From the NCBI GenBank assembly GCA_013239625.1, contig MU053216.1, forward strand, positions 436,001 to 496,000: a DNA stretch of 60,000 bases, written 5' to 3'. Position 1 is the first letter of the stretch. Every line of letters begins with the position of its first letter. This DNA comes from Lama guanicoe (taxonomy: Eukaryota). The position numbers and the translations under genes were made by a program. This document shows positions 36,073 through 49,372 of this stretch, piece after piece. The notes below the pieces were generated by a model. That model did not search any database. It was not told the DNA's origin and saw only the letters and a list, made by a program, of their open reading frames with translations.

Positions 36073-38479
36073 CTGCAGGGAGGAGACAGAGCGGGTGGGC
36101 TGTGGGCTGCCTGACCCGCCCCGGCCCCGCCTGCGGACACTGCGGGGCCCCGTGCCATCCGCACGCAGAGCCGGGCAGCGCCCTCCTGGGTCCCTGGGCC
36201 AGGGCCCTCCCTCCTCCCTCAGTGGACTGATTCTGATGGGGGCGTGGGGAAGCTGACTGCCCCCTACCCTGGCCCAGTTTGGGCTAGAGAAAAATTCACA
36301 GGCCTCTAGAGCAGGAGGGGCCACTTAGCACACAAGACGTCTGTGTGCTTCCTCCCGGGGGAAAGTACCAGACACTAGCCCGCATGTGTGATCAATCCAG
36401 GACAGGCCCTGGGGTCACCCTTTTACTCCATCCCAGAGCCAGTGGATGTCACCACCCTCTGAGGCCTCCACAGTCTGTCTCCCGTTGTCTCCCGTTGTCT
36501 CCCCGCTGCCCCCAGGACCCTTCTCCAACCAGAGTCTGGCCCCTGGGCACGTCACAGAGAACGCCGGATTCCCGAGTGGCAGGATGAAGACATGCCCCCT
36601 CCATGGGCTCCCACCTTAGACCACTCCAGCCCGCCCATGTCCTCTGAGGGACCCTGTGGGCATTTCAGTGCCACTGCCCCTGAAGACCCCCTGCACACAC
36701 AGGGTCCCAAGAGTAAGAGCTGGCATTTCCTGGAGGCCCCTACGCCAGGTCCGGGCTAACCTTTATCCAAATAATCCCATTGAATTCCCACAACAGCCCC
36801 AAGGTAGAGTCCACCGTTACTCCATTTACACTCAAGAAAACAAAGAGGAATGGGCACTGAGCACTGAGGTCAACTGTCTCCTCCATTTACCCTTCAGACC
36901 TCGAGCTCTCAATCACCGTGACCTTCAGTTTCCTCATCCCTAAAAGTGGGTGAACACCCCAAACTCCCAGAGTCCTCATGAGGAGGCAGTGAGCCAGTGC
37001 CTGCAGGCCAGCCAGCAGGCTGGGGAGGGAGAAGAGCGCTGCCCTGGTCTGTGGTCCTGCCCTTTCCTCAGTAGGGCGAGCAGATGCATGTGTGTCCCAC
37101 ACATTTGGGATCCATCCTGTTTCGAAGCCCTCGCCAGCCCTGCCCCAGGGCACAGAGTGAGCCCAGAACAGACACCCACTGCTGGGTCCCACCCCTAGGC
37201 CTCCGGCAGCCCCTCCCGCCAGGGACGCACTTGAGCTGTCAGACCTCAACATCTCCACGTTCCTCAAGAAACACACTTGCTGACGAGTGTGCTCGAGGTG
37301 GTAGGGAGCCCAGCTCCAACCTATACAAAGCCTGCTTAGTCTCCAGTGTTTTATCCCCCATGTGCTTGGCCTCGGGGCACCACATCCTCTAAGGTGGAAG
37401 ACGTCTGAGCACGCAGGAAGAGCTGGGAGCCCGCCGGTTCCCGTCCACACTCCCTCCCCGCTTCCCACGAAGAAAGAGGCCCTGGGCCTGCCCTTCCAGG
37501 AGGAAGGCTGAGTGAGGTGTGGCAGGGGTGCTGGTGGCCATGGAGGACACAGGGCGCTGGATGGAGGCAGGGAGGATGGGGAGGCCCGCAGAAGCCCAGG
37601 CCGCCGCCTCTGCTGAGTCCGGGCCTGGCTCATTGCCAGCCAGGCGGGAAGGCGTGAGGTGCCACAGGAGCGATTACCTCCCAACATGCGCCCGTGCATT
37701 TCTGGACGTGTCTCCACAGGCGCGGGCGCAGGAGTTCAAGGAGCACGCGGGGCGTGTGACTCAGGCCTCATCACTCAGCCGTTCCCCCAGGGGCCGCAGC
37801 GCAGAGGCTCTGATGTGGCTCCAGCATCCCCAGCCCCACCACCGATGAGCGGCCTCATTGTTCTCCCCAGGGAGGAGGGGGCCTGCCCCAGCCCGCCCCC
37901 ACATCCTGCCCAAGACAGCACCGGGCCAGCTGCGGTGCCCAGGGGAGGGGTGGGGAGCCCCCTCCAAACCCAGGCCTCCACAGAAGGAAAGGGGCGGGGC
38001 TGGTGCCAAGGAAAGGGGGCAGGGGAACACTTGGAGCAGGAGAGGAGGTCCAGTGAGAGCCCTGAGCTGAGGTCCTCCCGCTGAGCTGCAGGCCTGGGGG
38101 CAGCAGAAGACCCTGGGGTGGGGGGGCACCGGGCAGCCTCAGGGGGCATGCAGCGCCCGGGACGCTGACCACAGGGGTCCTGGGAAGTTGGTGATTCTGA
38201 GCTAGGACTTTCTCCGGGCAAACGAGGGAGCCTGGCTCAGACTTGGCCGCCTGAACCAGGGCAGTCAGGGGCCCGGCGTCCGGCTGTGTGAGCTTGTACG
38301 TACTGACAAGGCATGCGAGCTCTTGGACACGCTTGTCTCGTGGGGTGCTGGGCACACGTGTCATGTGAGGGCACACGTGTGTGTTCGTCCATATGTGTGT
38401 AGAGTGCTGTGCTCTTAAAACTCACAACGTTCTCAAAGCACCCACGTGTTATAAAGACAGAGACTCTGGGAGAAGCGCA

Positions 38480-38575
38480 TCCAAATCTCACCCCCTCCTC
38501 TGGCTCCTTTGTGACCTTGGGCAACCCAGCTCCATCTCTGGGCCTTGGGCCTCCCCTCTGGTCTGTCTCCCCAGG
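38480..38575 (+). mobile_element. MIR SINE fragment
   Basis: TGTGACCTTGGGCAACCCAGCTCCATCTCTGGGCCTTGG. Confidence 0.5.
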
Positions 38576-39544
38576 ACAGGGCACAGTTGGCTCAGAGGTG
38601 GTGTTTTGGGGCCTGACTGGTGGCTGAACTGGACATGGATACCTGAACTCAAGCTCTGCTCTGCCACTGTCTCCCTGTGGGCACCACACACGCACAGGCA
38701 CACACACGTGCACGCACAACCGCTCCCCAGGACGGGCCTCGTGGGCAGCCGGCCTGTGCAGGACACAGAGACCCCCACACACAAGGGCCTGGCCTGGTTT
38801 AGGTCTTAACACTTTCTGAACAAGAGGCACCATGTTTCCTTTTGCACTGGGCACCTCAAACTGCTCCTCCCAACTGACCCGCAAGGGTGGGTTGCAGCCC
38901 ATCCTGAAGGGCATCAGGGCTCTGTGTGCTCGGCTGGACACAGCCGTGGGGGGACTGGACAGGGTCACTGAGCGGGGCTGCGGGCGGGGCAACCGGACCC
39001 CCAAGGAAGCAGGGTGAGGGGCGTCACCACTGAGACGAGGAACAGTTTGAGAAGAGGGAAGACGCTGGGAGCTGGAGGCAGAGGGCGCACAAGACCTGAA
39101 GCTGGCCGGGGTGGGGGTAGCGGGAGCCCTCCCCTCCCTTGGGCTGACACTCAGAGGCCCTGGGGGTTTGTTGTTTGTGTTTTTCCTGCAGGAGAAACAG
39201 TGGATGGCAAAGCCCCCCGGGTCCTGCGGGAGGGCCTGGGAGGACTGTCCCCACCGGCGGGAGAAGAGGCTAGGAAGCAGCCCCACCCCTGCAGCCAAGT
39301 AAAGGGTGGCCAGGGCGACTGGGAAGGGAGCCCCGTCCCCGGTGTGGCTCTGCCCCCAGGTCACCTCCTCTGGGAGGCCTTCCCAGCCCCCCCACCCCGG
39401 CAGCGCTGGGCAGCGCCCTGGGGGCTTACACGGCTGTGTTCGCGCTCCCGCAGGGGCTTCAGCACGACGCTCACGGCCCACCACGTGCCCGGTGCCGCCC
39501 TGCCTCAGCCCCCCACAGCGCTGGGCAGCAGCGTGAGGCCGGCC

Positions 39545-39720
39545 AGGCCACGTGACGTCTCCCAGCCTCTGTCTGCCCCTCTGTGAAACAGGGATGATGG
39601 TCCTTGCCTCACGAGGGTTGGAGCAAGGACTGCGCGAGTCAATGTATCATACGAGTTAGTGAAACACCTACAGGCCCCCCTCACTCAACATGCCTCCTGG
39701 TCAGCGCTGTCCTCATCTAA
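39545..39720 (+). mobile_element. MIR SINE fragment
   Basis: CCTCTGTGAAACAGGGATGATGGTCCTTGCCTCACGAGGGTTGGAGCAAGGACT. Confidence 0.55.
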
Positions 39721-41219
39721 GTGAATCATGACGAACTATGGAGACTTGCACGGAGTGACCCTCGTCACGTGGGCTCCCCCGCGTGCGAGGGCTTGGTCTC
39801 AGTCTCCTCTGCGCCCTCCAGTCCTGGGGGCCGCGTGGCACCTGGGGGTGCACTGACCACAGGTGAATGATCACAGCTCGCCCGGCTTCTGCGGACAGCC
39901 CTCACCAGGGCGCCGGGTTTGAATCTGATTTGAACTTCCCCCACTGCTTCGGGGCTCCTCCACGGTGCTTAGTTCCAAGGTGGCGCACAACTGATGGGAG
40001 CCGTTGTTAAACGCTCACTCTTCTCTTGACCCAACGGCCTTGAGAGGGTGGACGCAGAGCCCTGCCCTGAGGTCCCTCCAGCGTCCACAATGAGCCGGCT
40101 TCTCCTAGGCCTCGTCCTCCGGTCAGGGCCTGTGGTTTAACAACCTGCACAGGCCAAGCCGGGCTGGGCACATCTCCTGCTGTGTTGGGGGACAGCGTGG
40201 GGGTGGGCAGGGAGCAGGCCAGGCCCACCCAGAAAGAGTCCAGCAGGGCCCCCAGGCCAGCTGCCACTCACAAGATGCTCACGGACCTCCTCTGTCAACA
40301 AGAGGCAGGTGACAGGACAGAAAGACCATGGAATTTGGGGTCACGGCCCCTTTGAGCCCCACAGATCACTAGGGTCTTTCCTGCCTTACAGCTGTGGGCT
40401 CAGGGTGCCGGGAGTGGGGGTCGGGGACAACCTGGGGCTGGCTCTGGGCCTCGAGCCCACGGTGCTGTGGGGAGGTAGCCACGACGCCCCACACTCGTGC
40501 TCTGCTCTGTGGTCTACAGACTGCTCCTGCAGCCACCCTCCTGTCTGGTTCTAAACTCTGTGTCTGGACTCAGAAGGCGGGGTCGACAGGGATGGCTTCC
40601 TGGGGCAGAAACGAGGGATTCGGAGTGGGAGGGGCCACAGGGGTGGGAGGAGGGCGTGAAGGAGGAGGTATGGGGGATGGTAAGAGAGATGCGGGGGGTG
40701 GGGCTGGCACCTGCACTCGGGGTCACTGAGGGGTCCCCATGGTTATTTGGCCAAGATGAGGCTCGCACAGGTCAGACGAAACTGGGGAGAGAGCAGTCCT
40801 TGGGTGACCCAGTCAGTCAGGTGGGGCAGGAGGGACGAAGGCAAGAGAAGGAGCCGCTCCTAAAAGCCTGGAAGTCAGGTGAGAGGGGCTTTCTAGCCCT
40901 GGGTTCACACCCCGGAGCCAGGCAGTGTCGCTCACAGGATCACGATATTTTGTCACGGCTTGTGGGGCTCCTCAAACTGACGGCAGAGAAAGGAGTCCAA
41001 GGGTGGAAGAGGCCAGGAGAGGCACCCCACCTCTCCGAGTTGGCACCTGGCCACTGCCTCGTGTGACTGTTTAATTTCCACTCATCAAAGTCAAGTCAAA
41101 TCAAAAGCTGGGCTCCTCAGCTACACGGGCCTCGCTTCCAGGCTCAGCGGCCGCAAACTGGACAGTTTGGACAGAGGGTGTGTCCCTGGTGCCTGTCGGT
41201 GGCCCCAGGACAGCCCCTG

Positions 41220-41330
41220 CAGTCAGCCCGGCCTGCGTCCCACTCCCAGATCTGTGCTTGCTGGCTGTGTGACTTTGGGCAAGTGACTTGACCTCTCTCC
41301 GCCGTGGTCTCCTCGCTGGTAAAGCGCTCT
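41220..41330 (+). mobile_element. MIR SINE fragment
   Basis: CCCAGATCTGTGCTTGCTGGCTGTGTGACTTTGGGCAAGTGACTTGACCTCTCT. Confidence 0.7.
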
Positions 41331-41454
41331 CTGGGGCCTGGCATGCAGCAGACAGCCAGCACTGCCCCAGTGCTGCCGCCACCGCGGCCCAGCTGAAGTG
41401 CCTCCTCCTGCAGGAAGCCTCCAACCTTGAGCGCTCACATAACTACCCAGCCGT

Positions 41455-41545
41455 GTGTTGTTCAATCAGCATTTATTAAGCACCTACCGTACACCAGGCC
41501 GTGTGCAAGGTGATGACGCTGCCAAGTTCAACAATGCAGGATCCC
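41455..41545 (-). mobile_element. L2 3' end fragment
   Basis: TCAATCAGCATTTATTAAGCACCTACCGTACACCAGGCCGTGTGC. Confidence 0.6.
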
Positions 41546-44224
41546 TGCCCTCAAAGAGCCGGCAGGTGAGACAGCGACGAGAACGGACAGTGACCAGTCA
41601 CAGGGCCTCGGGCTAACCTCTGGTTTCTGTGGGCTCGCTCACCAGCCAGGCTGCCCACCCCGCCCACCCCTGCAGACTGTCCTCGCCTTCTGGGGCTGGT
41701 CTCCCCACCCACACAGACAGGCACTGTCCGTGTCACACAGGCATCAGCGTCGGGGACCCTTTTCTCTGCAGCACGGAAGGGTGGGGCGTGTCCCACAGGT
41801 AGCCCTGGCCAGGACTGACCTGGAGCCGGAGGGTCCAGAACAGACTCCTGGAGGACTCGCCTCTCCACCTGCCAAGCTCAGTGTCCTTGACTCACCAGCA
41901 TCGCTTCCATCCCCTGCTCTGATCTCAACTCCATGCGTGTGGATGTGCGTGGGCGGAATTCTGTCCTCCCCCTGGACCCAGAGCCCTCAGAGGCGAGGGC
42001 TGTGACGTCCCATTAGATCAGAGCTCCCGAGGGAGGGACGGTGGTCCCCCCAGGCTCCCAGGAGATGGGCCAGGTGAGGCTGGGCCGAAGTCATGGGTGG
42101 GAGGGCCTGGGTAGCCCTGGAGTGGGAGGGGAGTGCACTTTGTGTGCAGAGCAGACCACACAGCCCCAGCCCTGTTTGTTTAGCTGAAGCTCTGGTCCTG
42201 GGCCTTTATCCCACCAGATAAAGAGGCAGGGTGTGTCTGGAGGGAAACAGGAGGAGGCCCTCTATTCAGAGGCCCCCACCCCACGTCCCAGCTGGAAGCC
42301 TTCCTCTCACATCCAGACCCCTCATCCCCTGTCCCCTTCCCATCCCAGCACCTCAGCATCCAGCTGAACTGTGCCCACCTAGCCAGATGGTTTTCTGGCT
42401 TCTCAACTTGAATCTAGTGGGAAGAGCAGAAGCTGGAGGTTCGGAGCATCTGGGAGGAGCCGCCTTTGCTGGGACAGACCTGTCGCAGACGCAGACTCCG
42501 CAGAAGGAAGGTCCCATCCCAGACCCGCCTCTCCCGCCCCTCCCCATGTGAAGGCCTTCTGCATCTCTGTCTCCTTCATCAGGCCAGGAGGGAAGCATTC
42601 TTTGTTCCCTTTTAAATGAAAAAAGGGAGACTCTTTGCATCTAGTCACACAGTTAAACAAGTGGCAGAGCCAAACCCACGCGCTTGGCTCTGCTGAGCCC
42701 AGCTGCACACGGAACCCAGGAATGAAAGGTGGAGAGGTGGGAAGTGGGGGTGGGCAGCTCTGGGAACAACAGAGGGAATCAGAGGGGAGGGAGGGAGAGG
42801 GAAGGCAAGGGTTGGGGGAGGGCGAGGGACGGAGGGTCCCCACCCCTCCTGGCCTCAGCCTTGGCCTCAGGGTCCCGCTCGCTCCCTGGGCTTCGAGGAC
42901 CAGTGGAACTTTCCGGAGCCCGGCCCCCTTCCTCCAGCTTCACCTGGGTGAGCCAGGCCCTGCCCTCTCCACCCAGGAGGTCCTGCCCACCCACAGAGCC
43001 TCACCTGTCCTTCTTCCCAGCATCATCCGGCCCCTGGGGCCCCACTGCCTGGTCCCGGGGTGGTTCCTGCCATGCTCTGTGCTGACCCTCACCTGTCCAC
43101 CCGTCCCACCACCTTCGTCCCTCCCCGGGGCAGGAGCTCCAACAGCCTGCCCTCCTCCCCAGGCCCTGCCTGTTTGGTTCGGGGACGTACAAAAAGACTA
43201 GACCCAAGACCTCAATCTAGCGCCCCTTCCCAGCGACGTCCTTCCTGACGCCCGCCTGGCCCCCTCGTGCTGCAGCTGGGCTGGGCTGAGGACAGACGGA
43301 GCCTTTCCCGCTGGCTGGGGAGTTCTCTGTGGGCGCTGGGGCCAGTCTGCTTGGGTCTGTCTCTCGCCCAACTGCCTCCCAGCTGTTTGAGGAATTGGGG
43401 GGCGGGGCGGTTAGCTATGCCTAGTGGTGTGTGGCGTCCCTCCCTCACCTGAGCTCACCCCAGAGCCTTTCCCCTGGGGAAGCAGCTCTGCAAGGTTGCA
43501 ACAGAAAGGGGTGGGGCGGCGGAGGGTGTCCTGGGTCAGCCTTAGGAGGCGCCAGCTGCTGCTTCTCTGCGGCCTCCAAAGGACTGCCACCTGCCTCAGC
43601 CCTGGTCTCTCATCTTTGATCCTCTGATCTCTGGCCAGGGTCCCCCTGACAAAGACATTCCTGTCTCCCTGGCCTCCTCCAAGGAAAGGCAAAGGGCTGG
43701 GTGCCCTCCCCGCCCAGGCTCCTCCCTCCTCCCTGTGCTGTTCCGCCTGGAAGCCCCAGAGGCCCTGGGACAGGGACTTGGCTGGGTCCCCCTGAGGTGG
43801 TGGGGTCTTGAGGGACAGGGCACAAAGGCAGGGCTGGCCACTGGGCCACCACTGGGCAGATGCCCTGGCCGGACACTGTTGGGCAGGTGCCTTCAGCTCA
43901 GTTCCCTGTTCCTGGAGCCCACATGTGCCGAGCCTTGCTGAGGTTCCTGTGCCCGAGTGCACACAGGAAAAGGGAGGGGAGGGAGCACACCTGCCCTCAG
44001 GAAGCAACAGCCTGAGGAGGCATTCAGAGCCACAGGCACAGCTGGACAGGGCCTGGAATGTTAGTGCTGGAGGAGTCCCAAGTGCCTGAGGACCAGGACA
44101 CAGTCTGGGAGGGCTTCCTGGAGGAAGGCCAAGAGGGGCAGGGTCAGCCCTGAGAAAATGGCCTGACCTGAGTGAGGGCTTTGCCGGGAATGGGGGGCCT
44201 GAGCAGGGGTGCTGAGGATAGCAG

Positions 44225-44620
44225 GGAGGGGTGGTGCAGCGGGCCCCCTGGTGGGCTTCTGAGTGAGAACTTGCTTGGGAAAGGGTCTTTGCAGGTGTAA
44301 TGAAGTGAAAGATCTTGAAATGGAGAGAGCCTCTCAGACTGCGTGGGTGGCCCTGAACCCGATGACAAGCGCCCTTAGAAGAGACACGCACAGAGGAGGG
44401 GGTGACGTGGAGACAGGCAGTGACGCGGACACAAGCCCTGGGAGCTGGCAGCAGCAGGAGTTAGGGAGGCGGCGTGGATTCCCAGAGCTCCAGGGAGCAG
44501 GGCCCCGCTGACACCCGGACTCTGGGCTTCCGGCCTCCAGATGGGAGAGAATCCATCTCTGCTGTTTTAAACGCCGTCTGTGGAGCTCTGTGACAGGAGG
44601 GACCGGAAGTGTACAGTGAG
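44225..44620 (+). mobile_element. MaLR solo LTR (MLT1B/C-like)
   Basis: GGGAAAGGGTCTTTGCAGGTGTAATGAAGTGAAAGATCTTGAAATGG...GGCCCTGAACCCGATGACAAG...CTCTGCTGTTTTAAACGCC. Similar to the 24520 copy. Confidence 0.78.
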
Positions 44621-44999
44621 GGTCAGAAGGCTGCGGGCACCCTGCCCTCTCCCCGTGCTCACCTCCCTCTCTCGCTGGGGTTCCTCCTGCCGCCTGAGAC
44701 CCCAGCCTCCCACACCTCACTGGGGAACCCGAGAGTTCTCCCCAGAGTCCTCTCGGGTCGGCTGGGACCCAGCACTTCCACTCCGGACACCAGGCCAGCA
44801 GAAAGCCCTTCAGGTGCTCACCGAGCACTCATGGTGGCCCTGTCCATGAGACCCCAAACTGGAGGGCCCACCTGTGTGCCCCGGGCAGCATGGACCGACA
44901 AACCCAGTGTGGGGTGAGGGAGCCAGAGGCCAAACAGCGCTCAGTCCACATCCACGCACAGCGCGGGCCCGGGCGGGGGCGGGGAGCGGCGGGGACACT

Positions 45000-45305
45000 G
45001 CTGATGTTCTGTGTCCGGTGCTGGTTACACAGGGGTACTCCGCTGTGAGGGTTTTTTAAGTCCATTTTCCTTTCTTTCTTTTTCCTTTTTTGTGGAGGGA
45101 GGTGATTAGGTTCGTTTGTCTAAGAATTATTTAAGGGAGGCACGGGGGGTTGAACCCAGACCTCATGCCTGCTAAGCAGGCGCTCTCCCGCTGAGCCCTC
45201 CCGCCCCCACCAGGCTGTGAAGCTTTATCTGGCCACACGCTTGCCACAGGTAGTAGTCTCCTGTGTGATGTGCAGTGCACTTAAATAAAAAGTTAGTTTA
45301 AAAAA
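45000..45305 (+). mobile_element. Old L1 (L1ME-like) 3' end, split by the SINE
   Basis: ATGTTCTGTG...GGTGCTGGTTACACAGGGG before the SINE and ...GCACTTAAATAAAAAGTT after it resemble the L1ME 3' terminus. Confidence 0.55.
45065..45208 (-). mobile_element. tRNA-derived SINE (same family), inserted in an L1ME-like 3' end
   Basis: The reverse complement reads GGGGGCGGGAGGGCTCAGCGGGAGAGCGCCTGCTTAGCAGGCATGAGGTCTGGGTTCAACCCCC...AACCTAATCACCTCCC plus an A-rich tail, and aligns by eye with the 18914 copy. Confidence 0.85.
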
Positions 45306-48300
45306 TGAGAGAGAGAGGGACTCACTCTGAAATTCTTTCGTGAACCTGCTGCCACCTAAGGTCTCCACCTGGAGTCCCACGACATCCTGGGGACATGTCC
45401 CAGCCTTTACCTTGGGAGCCTGAAGTTGGACGTGTATTTCCATGTGTCATGCCACCAACCTCACCCGCATCTCCCTCGCAGGCCCTGGCACCCAGTAGGC
45501 GCTCAATAAACGCTTGCTGGGACCAGCTGCAGGGCCAAGGGCTTTGCTGTTTTCAGCTTGCCCCCAGAGGTCCCAGCCGTGGGTCCCAGGGTTCCGAGGC
45601 AGGACACTGACCACGGCTGTCTCTTCCCCCATAACCCCCCACCCGGCTGCGCCTGTCTCCACCCCAGCACATACAGGGCAGTGAGCCCCCAGCACAGATG
45701 GTGGGTCTGACTCGTCTGGGACCTTCAGACCCGGACACACAGAGCAGACTCAAGGACCAGCAGCCTCGGGTCCCTGGGGCCCCCTCTCCTCCCAAGCCTG
45801 GCATATCTTTGTCTTAGCTTGTTTGAAACTGGATGGAACTTTTCGAAAGTTTTCTTTAAAAAAAATAGTAAAGAGAATGAATAGGAAAGGCAAAAGCTTC
45901 TAAGGGGACAGATTCATAGATGTCTCACCCTCACGAAAGTCAAGCCCAGCCCCGGGCTGGCTGACTGGCAGCTTACGAAGCTCCCCCATCGGCTTCGCCC
46001 TCACCGCAGCCATCTGGGTCGCACGCCACACCGAGCCCGCAGCGGAGCCAGGCCAGCACTGCCCACCAGGACCTCTCGCAGGTGAGCGCAGCCGCTCCTG
46101 CTGCTGACACCGCGCCATCTTTTCCTTGCTTTCGTCACTCATCCCGGCGGTAGTTCTGAGCACCCACGTGCAAGGGGCTTGGGCAGCACTGAGACGCCAG
46201 CCCTGCTTTCCTGGGGCTCCCAGCCCAGAGCGGAGACAGAAGGGTGGACAGGAGGTAGAAGCCAGGGAGGGAGTCCTGGGCGGAGCCGGCATGCGGAGGG
46301 CAGCCCTCTTGCAGGGCTGAGGGCTGAGAGCTGAGGGCAGTTCCTCGGGGAGACGGACATCTCAGTCAGCCCCTCGTACCCTAAGTCAAGCTGATGCTTC
46401 CCCGACATCCTCCAAGACCGCTCCCCAGAGCTGCAGGCTTCCTGCCCGAACCCATTTCCCAACCACAGCCCTGCAGTAAATCACGGTGATGTCCACAGGC
46501 CGACAGCTAAGTACAAATTAGGTAAACGCCACTGGGGGCGAGGTGGGCGCCAGGCAGTGGCTGGCCGGCTGACGGTCTGATTTATCCCAAGGATAAGCTG
46601 TAGGGAGGGGCTTGGCATACTTTAAAATGCAGACTTGGACCCAGTAGGTCTGGGGTGGTGTCGGAGCTTCTGCACCCAAACAGGGTCGCAGACAGGGCGG
46701 ATACTGCTTGTCCGGGACCGTGCGCTGAGCTAGGGGCTCTGGGACTTCCAGGGGACCCGAGACTGAGTCTCCTGAGAGCCCCTCAGGAGTGCGTTTTCCA
46801 TCACTCTTGGCCAAGTTTTGACCAGACGAACTCAGAGACGTCCGGCGGCAGGGGGCAGGGGGCAGAGTGCAGGCGCAGCGACGTGTGAGTCCCGCGAGGG
46901 GCCGGCCCAGGCCCTCAGCCTCCTCGGCACCAGGTGGCCCGCAGGACCCTGGGGACCGCCCCGCACCTGCATCTCCAGCCTCCAAGGGGCCTCAGCCCAC
47001 TGGCCAGTGCTCACGGGGTTAACAAACCGGCAGTAGCTGCCCCTCTCCTCTGCCCAGAATCGTAAGGAGACTGGGGTGTTACAGCAGGAGAGTGGAGGGA
47101 CACCAGAAAGAACTTCCCAGGGGTCACATTCCTGACGGTCAGGTGGGGAACGGCTGGCCTGCCCTGGGGTGGCAGCCCAGGCAGGCGCAGGGCTGCAGGG
47201 AGACCTCAGGAGGCCCTCAGGCCAAGCTTCCAAGCTGAGCGTCTCAGAACTTCCCCTCTTGCTACACTCTCCCCACTGCCCCCACGGGCTCTAGGGCTGC
47301 CCGACTGCACTGGGCACGCCAGGGTCCTGGGGGCCAGGAATTGCCTGAGCCTGAGCCCCACCCTCCAATGGTGCCTTTGCACCCCGTGCCAGTCTGGACA
47401 TGAGGCTAGCGCTTCCTGGCAGGGGGAGGCGGGGCAGGAAGGAGGGGCGCCTGCAATGAGTCTAGGGGTGGCATGGCGCCGACTGGTGGGGTGGTGGGCG
47501 TGCCTCTTTCCGCTGGCTGCACGTGGTTAAGGGGGAGCCTTGTTCTGGCCGGGCACACAGCCCTGGAGGTGCTGGGGACAGTGGTGCCTCGTCCTGGCCC
47601 TGGGATCTCGAGAATCACTGGGCAAGACCGACTCAGGGACCCTGGCCCCACCCTCACCACAGCCTCTCACACCCCTCTCCCCTCCCTGCCCTCTGCACCT
47701 TCATTTATACGACCATTTCTCTAGAATATCTGGGGACCAGAACTATCAACCCAGTTGGAAGCAGGCCCAGAAGGCTCTCAGCAAGTTGGTGACAAAGAGA
47801 GAATTCTAGCCAGGGTGGCCTGATTCCAAGTCCACTGAACAGAGAAGGGCTCAAAGGTGCAGACAAAACTGGAGGAGGGGGCCTGCCGAAACCCCCACTC
47901 TTCCAGAACGTGCAGCCCCCACGGTACAGCCGGAGAGAAACGCAGTGGGACGGGGGAGACTGGGGAGGGGAGGGGGCCAGGCAGCAGGGGTACGTTGGCG
48001 GGGCAGGGCTCCTGGGGAGGGGCTGGGGGGCTCCCACAGTGAGTTGCTCAGTCTTTGTGTCCTGCTCATTTGTTACATAGAGAGTTGTTAATGTAATACA
48101 AGGGCCTGGCACATCTGGCCGCTGCTAAGTACACACAATAAACTATAAAACCACACTGAGCTGGAACTGCGTCTCAGGCCCCCTCCAAGCGCATCGTGCT
48201 TTAACCATTTAACCCTCAGCACAACCCCACTTCACGGGTCAGGAAATCAAGGCACTAAAAGAGCAATCCTCCCCAAGGACTGACAGAAGGCAGAGCAGGC

Positions 48301-48814
48301 TCTGAACCCAGGCGGGATGGCCCTAAGCTCAGCCTGTAACCCTGCTGCTATGCCCCGAACCTGGAAGGAGCCCACAACCAGGACGCTGAGGGGCCCCCGT
48401 CCCCATTCATGCAGAGTCCTCGCCCACCAGAGTCTGATGACTGACTGATTCGCAGAAGTGTGGGGACCCCCCAGCCCAGCGCAGCCCTAGATCCTTGCCT
48501 CTGCACGAGCCATGCTTAGGCCGAGGAGCCCCGCCCGGTGAGGCCGCCTCTCCTGGCTCCGGGCGCTCAGGTGCACTGGACAGAGGCTGCCTCTCCCCGG
48601 CAGCATGCCTGGCTGGGGGGTGCTCCATTCCACCCACCGTTCCTGCCTCGCCCGCAGGCATCACGACTGTGGGAACAGAAGAAAAGGGTCTAGCAGGCAG
48701 GGACCCAGGGCACAAAGCACAGAGAAGGGATCCATCAAATCCATGGCCACCTGGAAAGGGAGGCAGCCCAAGGACCCACGCTCTGCAAACTAGAAACACG
48801 AGGCCCAGAGGCTG

Positions 48815-48990
48815 AGGGCAGGCTGGCTATGTGGCTTGTAAGACCCAGTGCAAAATGAAAACCTGAGGCCCCTTGGTTAAAAATTAAGAATCTGGGGACG
48901 GCAACAGCAGAGGAGCAGTCCAAGCTGGGGCCCTTCTACGAGCACAGGGCACAGCCACCGTGGGGCACAGCCACCGCGGACCCCGGCCAG
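48815..48990. mobile_element. MER91A-like hAT-Tip100 relic
   Basis: CCCAGTGCAAAATGAAAACCTGAGGCCCCTTGGTTAAAAATTAAGAAT...ACGGCAACAGCAGAG...GGGGCCCTTCT. It includes a short duplication GGGCACAGCCACCG at 48947 and 48963. Confidence 0.7.
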
Positions 48991-49372
48991 GGCGAGCCCA
49001 GGTCCCCAGCTCACCAGCGCTGAGGCCGGTACTGCGTCAGGTGTCAGGAGGGCTGGGGTCCGGCAGGCGTGTCAGAGGGACGAGCCCTGAGTCTGCTCCA
49101 GGGTGAGTGAGGGTGGGGGCCGGGCTGCCCCGTTCCTCACTTCTGTCCCCAGCAGAGGTCCTCTAGCTGCCTCGTCACCGTGTACTGCAAAGGCGGGGAT
49201 TTGCCTTCGGCCCTTCCTGCCTCCACGCTCACAGGCCAACGCTGGGTCCACCCCACCTCCCGCCCCCAGCCCTGGTGCCCGGGATCTGAGCTGCGGGAGG
49301 GCGGTGAGGGCAGGTGCCGCTGGTACAGCTCGCCACCTGCGCAGGGCGCCCCTGCAGGTGGAGACCAGGACT

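Noticed and set aside
38237..39484. 415-aa ORF and other long ORFs (26161-27180, 29767-30907, 43411-44391, 57136-58194)
   Set aside because: They are Pro/Gly/Arg/Ala/Ser-rich with no recognisable domain, often start at non-ATG codons and overlap in several frames, as expected from stop-codon scarcity in high-GC DNA.
43440..43470. Donor-like CAG|GTGAG in intron 1 as an ortholog of a human alternative first exon
   Set aside because: The upstream sequence shows no convincing similarity to the recalled human alternative N-termini.
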